Shown here piece after piece: positions 57,442 through 64,000 of a stretch of DNA of 64,000 nucleotides. Within the stretch, counting starts at the first letter, position 1, and each line of letters starts with the position of its first letter. Made by a program: the position numbers and the translations under genes. Below the pieces are notes generated by a model, which was not told where the DNA came from, made no database searches, and saw only the letters and a program-made list of their open reading frames with translations. Source of the DNA: a virus (Duplodnaviria; Caudoviricetes); IMG/VR virus record IMGVR_UViG_2731957577_000001, positions 96,001 to 160,000 of that record, one strand, 5' to 3'.

Positions 57442-57675
57442 TCACCACCCCATATGCACTTCAATATACTCAATGCTCCGGATCGACATCGTAATCCAAG
57501 AGCCACTCCTGGTCTCAATGGCGACTTGTTCCTCTGAAAGCCACACTACACGTCCATCATAGTCGGTGCCACGATAGCGAAGAGATACTACGTCGCCAAC
57601 ACATACTTCGATACCACGAATGAGCACGGACTGTGGATTCAATCGACCACTGTATGCTTTGATCAACTCCATCAT
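57442..57675 (-). CDS. MEL-family SH3/Sm-like small protein
   Basis: MELIKAY...VGDVV...Y.GRVV...I..IE.I. Confidence 0.65.
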   Translation of the reverse strand: MMELIKAYSGRLNPQSVLIRGIEVCVGDVVSLRYRGTDYDGRVVWLSEEQVAIETRSGSWITMSIRSIEYIEVHMGW

Positions 57676-57989
57676 ATAACCCCCAAGGTGGCGCATCCAT
57701 TCTCCAAGATGAGCCGACAGGATTCTTGGGTAAGGAAAGGACGGCGGGGAAGATGAAGCCGCCCTAACACCCAATGTACTCTGCAATATAGTCCGTAATC
57801 ACACCCTCATCCTCTGGTTCATATCCATGCCGTTCACAATACCGACGATAATGCAGGCTGTTTCCATCACTTGTCACCCATGCACGTAACTCTTTATCAT
57901 ACCAGTACAAAGTCACTGAATTCTGCATAAACAACACTCCTTTCCGAGCTTCATGAACAAGTCACAGCACATTCATCACAAATCGCTCT

Positions 57990-58023
57990 CCTAAATCAGC
58001 CGATAGGCTTGAAGGGCATTACA
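57990..58023 (-). promoter_or_regulatory. Hairpin element abutting an operator copy
   Basis: Plus strand: CCTAAATC-AGCC-GATA-GGCT, then TGAAGGGCATTACA. Confidence 0.6.
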
Positions 58024-58116
58024 CAACCAGAAACACAGTATACCCTAACTTACCACCACTTTGAACATCCCGTAGGGGACATGAAACACCATACACATGA
58101 CACATGGATGACCATT

Positions 58117-58283
58117 AGATGAACCTTGTATGACTGAAAAGAAACTTGTGAGATATGTCCTTGAAACACCGAAAAGACCCTCGTGTAATATGCTCTTGAA
58201 ACAACCAAAAGACCATTTCGAGATATGCACTTGAAACCTCGAAAAGCCCCTTTTTGTGTGGGCTTGAAACACCAAAAAGACCC
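58117..58283. repeat. About 35-bp direct repeats (4 good plus 1 degenerate)
   Basis: CTTGAAAC-N3-4-AAAAGACC core at 58160, 58195, 58230 and 58263; degenerate copy at 58125. Confidence 0.75.
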
Positions 58284-58519
58284 TGCCAAACCCCGCACGA
58301 GGCACCGCCAAGGACCTGCACACGATAATGCCGGATTACCACAAGTTGATGATGTATCGGCTTGCATCGAGTCATGGACATGGGGCACAGAGAGAGAAGC
58401 AGAGAGGGGAGGATGGGAGTGTGCATGTGGGGTAGGGGAGAGACATGCGTACATCCGCATCCCGGAGGGTTGGGACAGGGGCTGCATCGTTCCAGCCCCC
58501 ATCCCGGTCTGCGTGATGC

Positions 58520-61500
58520 TTACTCGTAGACACAGAAGCCCACAATGGCAAACTTCACAGTATGCTTGCCATTGAACTCGGCTTCCTCGACGTCGGCCAC
58601 AAAGGCCTTGTGTCCGCTGAAGAAGGGATAGGCAGAGGCATAGAGACGGCCAACCTTGAGACCATTGAAATAGACAAAGGCTACAAGGTTGCCGGTGAGT
58701 TTCTCTTCTTCATAGCGGATGCCGATGATGCCACCATTCTTGAGGGCGGCTTCGACTTTCTCACCAGAGATGCCACGCAACACACTCATGGAGACGTTGA
58801 AGTGGCTTGGCGCGACTGCCTCAATGGTGTTCGGTGTCTTGGTACCAGAGACGACCATGCAAGCCGCCAACAGTTGACGCTTGGCCGCCACCCACGGGAA
58901 GGCATGGGCTTCACTCTTGGATTCGGCATAGGTCATGTGATAGGCGACATAGCCAATCTCTTCAGGAGCAAAACCAGCTTCGAGAGCGGCGATGGCTCGT
59001 TGAGCCTTCTCGACGATGGCACCGATCTTGTTCTTGCGTTCTTCCTCGATGCGATTCTTGCCGGTCACATAGAGCGGCGATTTATCGTCTCCATCGACCG
59101 CAGCCAGCAGGTTCTCGAGTTGCTTCTCGGAATACTCGAACGCCTGGGAGATCGCATAGCCATATTCCCGCTTGATCGGCGCGATATGCTTCTTCAACGC
59201 CTCGAAGCGCGCGGGATCCATGACGATGCAGGAGCTGAGTTCACCAAGGATGTTACAGCTCATGTCCTCCTTGTTCATGGACTCGACCACATCGAGGATG
59301 TTGGCCTCGAGATAGTCCTGAACATGCTTGCGGACCTGAGACAACACACTTCCAGTGAAGCGCCCTTCACGACCACGACGAGCGGCCATCCAGTCTGGAT
59401 TGAACCAGACGCGACGACCGAGTTTCTCGTTCCACACCGAGACAAACTCAGGTGGATTGCCGATGAAGGACAGCTCATCCTTCAGATGCTCTTCATACGC
59501 GCCACCATGCTTCGGACGGTCAATCTCCCAACCTTGGCACAGACGCAGGAGTTCGATCCAACGTTCATACCGCTCGATCTCCGCCAGCAGGTCTTCCTTA
59601 TTGCCGACGCCCATCGCCACCATATAGCCAAGGCGGCGGACGGCATCGGCCAAACGAGTCGCATAGTTCGTCAGCTGGCCGATCTTATTCGGCACGAGCT
59701 TGCGAACCACCCAAGCCTTGGACATGTCATGAATGGCCTGAATCAGTTCATGACCATACAACGTATCCTCGAACTTGAGTGTCCAACCATCCTGCTCCAC
59801 GTCATCAAAGGCAATGGCCTGAGCTTCGCCCCAATCCATCGCCCACGGGCAACCTTCGACCCACTCATAGTTGCCATCCTCCAGACGGCGGAAGGATTTA
59901 TCGAGGATGGCGGGATAGGACTTCTTCTTCAGAACCTCGACGATCTCCGCCTGTGTCGTCGCCAGAGTGGTATCACCATCATTATCGGCGCCACCCTGCT
60001 GAACAGTGGCAAAGTCATGGACACTCATGACACACAGGTTCTCAAAGCCACCCTTGGCCGCGGCACGCACATAGTTCTGCGGCGCCACGCATTTAACCAG
60101 AGCGGCTTCACCCTTGGCAATCGCGGGATTACGCATAAGCGCCACTTCCCGAGTCTCAATGCTGCGGCTGTCGTCGGACACCATGAAGACGGTGTTCGGA
60201 CGCAGACCGATGTGTTCCGGCACGATGACTTCGCCTTCTGGGCAGAGCCGGTGCGCTTCCAGAATCGCATACGGATCTTGCACCATCCAGCGATAGTGAC
60301 CTTCGACCGGAATCATGCCCTTGGTCCACATGTCCGCGATGTTCATCAGGATGTCCCGAGCGTACTTCTTCATCTGCAAGTCTTTCAGGGTGAAAGGCGC
60401 TGCAAACAAGAAGTGGGTGAAGGTCGATACCAGTGTCTTGTTCAGCACCTCTTCGGCTTCTTCGTCCTCCAGGCTCAGGATCTCCTCTTGAGACGGAAGT
60501 CCGACATACTCAGAGATCAACTCGGGATCATGCAGCATGTCGACCAGACGATCCAGATGCCGTGTGACAATCTTCTTCGCCGTCTCCGCGCCCATGCTCA
60601 TGATGTGCATGAACTGATACGGAAGCAGCGTGAACTTCTTGCAGTTACGCGCCTGCTTGTTGAACAAGGCAATGCGCAGGGTGATGGTATGCTTCATCAG
60701 GTCGATATTGCGATAATCGCCCTTGACAGCGCCCTCCATCGCCACAATGTCTTCCTCGAAATACTTCTCAAGGCCTGGGACATAGACCATCAGACCCTTG
60801 GTGAAGGGAGTAATGCGAATCTGGAACGCCGAGCTGCGGACATCAAATTCCTTGCAGAGCGTCTTCCAGACCCGAGCATTGCAGAACACCAGGCCATCAC
60901 CCACCGCAAACTTCTGCGGGAACTTCGCGGCATCAAAGACCTCGAACTGCTTGGTCTCCATGTTGAAGGCCTTGAACTTTCCGGTCTTCACAATGGCATG
61001 GGCCTGACGCGCCACACGCATGGTAAACTTGCCGCCGACGATGGAATACTCACCATTGGCATGCTCCACAATCTCCGTGCCAAACGTAATCGCCCGGCTC
61101 GGGATGGTGTTGGTGGACGCCAAGCCAAAGCGCTTCATGCCCTTGGTGATGTCCAGCACCCATTTGCCGTCCTTCTTCTTGGCAAAGGCGCGGAAGTCCA
61201 TGCCGATTGCCTCAAAGACTTTCGGCACCGACAGATCGACCAGGAACACACCTTGCAGCGTGCGGTCCTGAGATGGAGAGGCCATGAAATACTCAGCCTT
61301 GTGAACCCTGTTGCCACCCTTGATGAAGAAGCCGTTGTGAACGACATGTTCACGCATCGCTTCGCTCTCCGGCTCCATGTTCTTGAGGTTCAGGTTCACA
61401 TAGCATAGAACCGGAAGCACACGCACACCATTGACCTCGACGACCTTGTGAAGCAGAGCGTCCGTCAAAGCGCTCTGATTCTGACGCTGATACCCTGAGC

Positions 61501-61687
61501 GTGGATCCTCATCGACCAAGACGCGGGGATCCGCATAGTTGAGCGTGGAGACATAGCCATTGAGTTCTGCATCCCAAACCATTGCATTGACGTCGGCGCG
61601 AAGGACGGTGATGCCATAACGCTTCTTGCTGCTCTTCATGATGATCTCCTCCTGGATGTGGTTGTTGATGAGGGTGGTGTGGTTCAT
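58520..61687 (-). CDS. YonO/QDE-1-like single-subunit double-psi-barrel RNA polymerase
   Basis: GDG, AFQIR...KG, RNP and catalytic GGADNDGD (DxDGD) motifs; about 1050 aa; start could be 61687 or 61639. Confidence 0.88.
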   Translation of the reverse strand: MNHTTLINNHIQEEIIMKSSKKRYGITVLRADVNAMVWDAELNGYVSTLNYADPRVLVDEDPRSGYQRQNQSALTDALLHKVVEVNGVRVLPVLCYVNLNLKNMEPESEAMREHVVHNGFFIKGGNRVHKAEYFMASPSQDRTLQGVFLVDLSVPKVFEAIGMDFRAFAKKKDGKWVLDITKGMKRFGLASTNTIPSRAITFGTEIVEHANGEYSIVGGKFTMRVARQAHAIVKTGKFKAFNMETKQFEVFDAAKFPQKFAVGDGLVFCNARVWKTLCKEFDVRSSAFQIRITPFTKGLMVYVPGLEKYFEEDIVAMEGAVKGDYRNIDLMKHTITLRIALFNKQARNCKKFTLLPYQFMHIMSMGAETAKKIVTRHLDRLVDMLHDPELISEYVGLPSQEEILSLEDEEAEEVLNKTLVSTFTHFLFAAPFTLKDLQMKKYARDILMNIADMWTKGMIPVEGHYRWMVQDPYAILEAHRLCPEGEVIVPEHIGLRPNTVFMVSDDSRSIETREVALMRNPAIAKGEAALVKCVAPQNYVRAAAKGGFENLCVMSVHDFATVQQGGADNDGDTTLATTQAEIVEVLKKKSYPAILDKSFRRLEDGNYEWVEGCPWAMDWGEAQAIAFDDVEQDGWTLKFEDTLYGHELIQAIHDMSKAWVVRKLVPNKIGQLTNYATRLADAVRRLGYMVAMGVGNKEDLLAEIERYERWIELLRLCQGWEIDRPKHGGAYEEHLKDELSFIGNPPEFVSVWNEKLGRRVWFNPDWMAARRGREGRFTGSVLSQVRKHVQDYLEANILDVVESMNKEDMSCNILGELSSCIVMDPARFEALKKHIAPIKREYGYAISQAFEYSEKQLENLLAAVDGDDKSPLYVTGKNRIEEERKNKIGAIVEKAQRAIAALEAGFAPEEIGYVAYHMTYAESKSEAHAFPWVAAKRQLLAACMVVSGTKTPNTIEAVAPSHFNVSMSVLRGISGEKVEAALKNGGIIGIRYEEEKLTGNLVAFVYFNGLKVGRLYASAYPFFSGHKAFVADVEEAEFNGKHTVKFAIVGFCVYE

Positions 61688-61755
61688 GAACATTTCCTCC
61701 TTGGAATTCATAAGATTCTGATATTGATAGGCATTGAAAGGCACTTCATGATTCA

Positions 61756-62181
61756 TCACAGATCCAGCTCCTTGTTCTCGTATTTGTCGACCCATTCCCA
61801 GTAGAGGTCGAATGCAGACTCCACACTGGCTTTGTCGATGAGTTTGACCAAGGTGTGTTGGAGGCCATATCGCCCTTTGAAGGAGAATGAAATGCCAAAC
61901 ACAATGACGGGCTGCGGAAACACCTCATGGCGATTGCGCCACCTTGCCCCAACCGCGATACTATAGACGCCAAGCACATCGACTTGGCCCAAGAAGAACG
62001 TATGGTCCTTCTTGTCAAAGGCGGTGGTGAAGTCGACGGGAACCCCATAGAGATACCCATCGGCTCCATAGAGTCGGTCCTCCACTTGCGTGGAGACGCG
62101 GAAGTCGCGTCCGAAGACCTGCTCAAAGTGCAAAATGAGCATGTCCTCGATCCGTTGACCATAGCTTTGACGAATCCACAT
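61756..62181 (-). CDS. Hypothetical protein (possible PD-(D/E)xK-like)
   Basis: EDRLYGADGY...PVDFT; AGGAGG RBS. Confidence 0.65.
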   Translation of the reverse strand: MWIRQSYGQRIEDMLILHFEQVFGRDFRVSTQVEDRLYGADGYLYGVPVDFTTAFDKKDHTFFLGQVDVLGVYSIAVGARWRNRHEVFPQPVIVFGISFSFKGRYGLQHTLVKLIDKASVESAFDLYWEWVDKYENKELDL

Positions 62182-62515
62182 AGGGAACTCCTCCTTCGAG
62201 CGTTTTTGAGAAAAAAGAAAAAGCCTCATGTAGGGACAATGACGAACTCATCCCTACAAAAGGCGGGGAATCAAGAATTCTCTCCATGCTTGGATAGGGT
62301 TTCTATCGTGCGACAAGCATGGCGTCTTTGTCCTTGTACCCTGTGTGCTATGGACAAAGACACAGCATCACACACAGGGAGCGTGTGGTGTTTCACGGAT
62401 CGAATGCAGCCACGCTTCCTGCATTCGACCGGACCACGGCATCCTCTGAATCACCTGTCGTCATCACAGGACTGCAGATCCAGAGAACCCATGATCATCT
62501 GCTCGTCTGAGCCAA

Positions 62516-63040
62516 TCAGACGAACAGCGTCAGCACAATGAACTCCACAGCTTGCCAAGCGATGAAGAAGGGCCAGAACAATCCCATCGTCGCCAGGATC
62601 ACGAGACCCGCAAACCACAAGCTGCCATACGAAAGACCATCTAAGAGATTGCCAAATGTCAATTGGCGACCTAATAGATAACGCTTAATCAACCAAATCA
62701 ATGCGGTGACAAAGAACACCACAGCAAATCCCGTCAACAAGGCACCCGTGATGGTGGAGCAACCCCAACTCGCCAGAACCGCAGCACTCGCCACGGTCAC
62801 ATGGCTGGTGTGCTTGCGAATCATCGCCTCCAACTTCCGAGCTCCAGCCTGGATCTTCTCCCACACCTTGCCGCCAATCGTCTTAAAGAAGCATTTTGCT
62901 TTGTCCACAAAGCCCATCTTCTCTTCCTCCTTCTTCTCTTCGTTCACAATCTCTGCATCAATCACCAACGACGTCTTTGTGTCCTTCGCCTCAGCACCCA
63001 CACGACCAAACCCACCAAACAACAGCTCATGCAACGTCAT
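62516..63040 (-). CDS. Multi-pass membrane protein
   Basis: Hydrophobic C-terminal half; AAGGAGG RBS. Confidence 0.7.
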   Translation of the reverse strand: MTLHELLFGGFGRVGAEAKDTKTSLVIDAEIVNEEKKEEEKMGFVDKAKCFFKTIGGKVWEKIQAGARKLEAMIRKHTSHVTVASAAVLASWGCSTITGALLTGFAVVFFVTALIWLIKRYLLGRQLTFGNLLDGLSYGSLWFAGLVILATMGLFWPFFIAWQAVEFIVLTLFV

Positions 63041-63145
63041 GACAACATTCCTCCTTGCGTACCATGCTCGCCAGCAGATTGGTTTTGGTGTACCGAGTAC
63101 ACCATGAGACCCACCTCATCAGAGGTGAGTCCGAGCTGTACTCGG

Positions 63146-63358
63146 TCAGGACGCCAAGTGCGCATACATCTTGTATCCCTTCAGCGTCAGGTTCACGGCA
63201 AAGCCCTCTTGCTTCGTGTGCCAAACATGAACAATGCCCTCGTCTTCGAGGGCACGGAAGTTTTCCAAGTGTAGTCCATACGGCACCAGCGTCTTCACCA
63301 GCACAAACTTGTTTTGGCGACGTGCATCTACGAGAATCCTTGCGAGGCTTTCCGACAT
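63146..63358 (-). CDS. Small winged-helix-like protein
   Basis: Start MSESL; LEDEGIV...LT.KGY. Confidence 0.55.
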   Translation of the reverse strand: MSESLARILVDARRQNKFVLVKTLVPYGLHLENFRALEDEGIVHVWHTKQEGFAVNLTLKGYKMYAHLAS

Positions 63359-63763
63359 GAAGTTCACCCTCCTGCAGATGTTTTTGGGCATGAAAAGGGG
63401 GTGGGGCATCGAACGCCGCCACCCACATGCCAACAATTCAACCTATCACCCCGCGCAATTTTTTATATTTTGTGGCCCCTATATGGCGTTTCCTTTTCCT
63501 GTAAACTATGGAGGGAGAGAAAAAGGGAGAGGGGAAGAGAGGAAATCGGTGCAGTGTACAATAAAGGTGTTCTATGAATTACCCCACCGGGGACAAGCCC
63601 ATATGACTGGCTATGACCCCTGGCCGTGGCCACGCGCAGTCAGGTATCGTTTTATGTTCTGAGGCGTCTTGGCCAAAAATTTTTTTATACTACCTGTAGG
63701 TCTCTATAGCGAAATTTCGTATAATGGGAATGATGAAAGGCATTACAGAGGGGAGAGGGGATC

Positions 63764-64000
63764 ATGCTGCTCTTTATCGACACAGAAACCGGAGGACTGA
63801 ATCCAGACAAACATTCCTTGTTGCAAGTTGCGATGCAACTGTATGACGGAGAGAACGAGCATGAACCGTTCACCCTCTTTATCAAGCATGAGGAGTATGT
63901 CGTGACAGAAGAAGCCATGCGGATCAATGGTCTCAGCCTTAGCGACATCAACAAGTACGGCTTCACGCCAACGGAAGCTGTCAGTCAAATCCTGTCCTGG
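63764..64000 (+). CDS. DEDDh 3'-5' exonuclease (DnaQ-like), truncated by the window end (not in the ORF track)
   Basis: MLLFIDTETGGLNP...LLQVA...EAMRINGL; RBS and TATAAT (63720-63725) upstream. Confidence 0.85.
   Translation, partial: MLLFIDTETGGLNPDKHSLLQVAMQLYDGENEHEPFTLFIKHEEYVVTEEAMRINGLSLSDINKYGFTPTEAVSQILSW

Noticed and set aside
58117-58283. CRISPR array
   Set aside because: Units are contiguous degenerate repeats without unique spacers, and there are no cas genes. The same applies to 26-275 and 47847-48280.
58562-61408. Long plus-strand ORFs (948 aa here; also 25752-27542, 9980-11218, 2553-3503)
   Set aside because: They are antisense shadows of well-supported minus-strand genes and have no recognisable motifs.
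1-64000. tRNA/rRNA genes, integrase or att sites, virion structural genes
   Set aside because: None recognised by eye, so phage versus plasmid versus integrated state cannot be settled from this window.

Overview
A 64 kb segment of a large Bacillota (Bacillales-type) temperate phage, prophage or phage-plasmid, covering its early and replication region. Almost all genes are on the minus strand and no capsid or tail genes are visible. It encodes its own replication and recombination kit: DnaN clamp, DnaG primase, PcrA/UvrD, two SNF2-type helicases, RecA, ERF, a Gam-like protein, two SSBs, RNase HI, ThyX and a partial DEDDh exonuclease. It also carries a YonO/QDE-1-like single-subunit RNA polymerase, host-like regulators (Prp, RsfA, a LysM/YneA-like protein, a 3D-domain protein), an E1-E2-Ubl (PRTRC-like) module, a radical SAM/AAA/DUF1257/DUF2997 module and one IS3 insertion. 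Structure not shown by the ORF track: (1) eleven copies of a fixed-geometry, covarying hairpin (C/T, A-run, stem, GATA, stem on the template strand) upstream of genes, a candidate hairpin promoter for the encoded RNA polymerase; (2) an ORF-less 257-nt group I intron splitting a helicase Walker A motif; (3) a dispersed 14-bp palindromic operator; (4) three separate tandem DNA repeat arrays; (5) a paralogous MELxxxY small-protein family; (6) a stand-alone SSB-tail (DDLPF) peptide; (7) several apparently catalytically dead enzymes. All family calls come from manual motif recognition, not from database searches.
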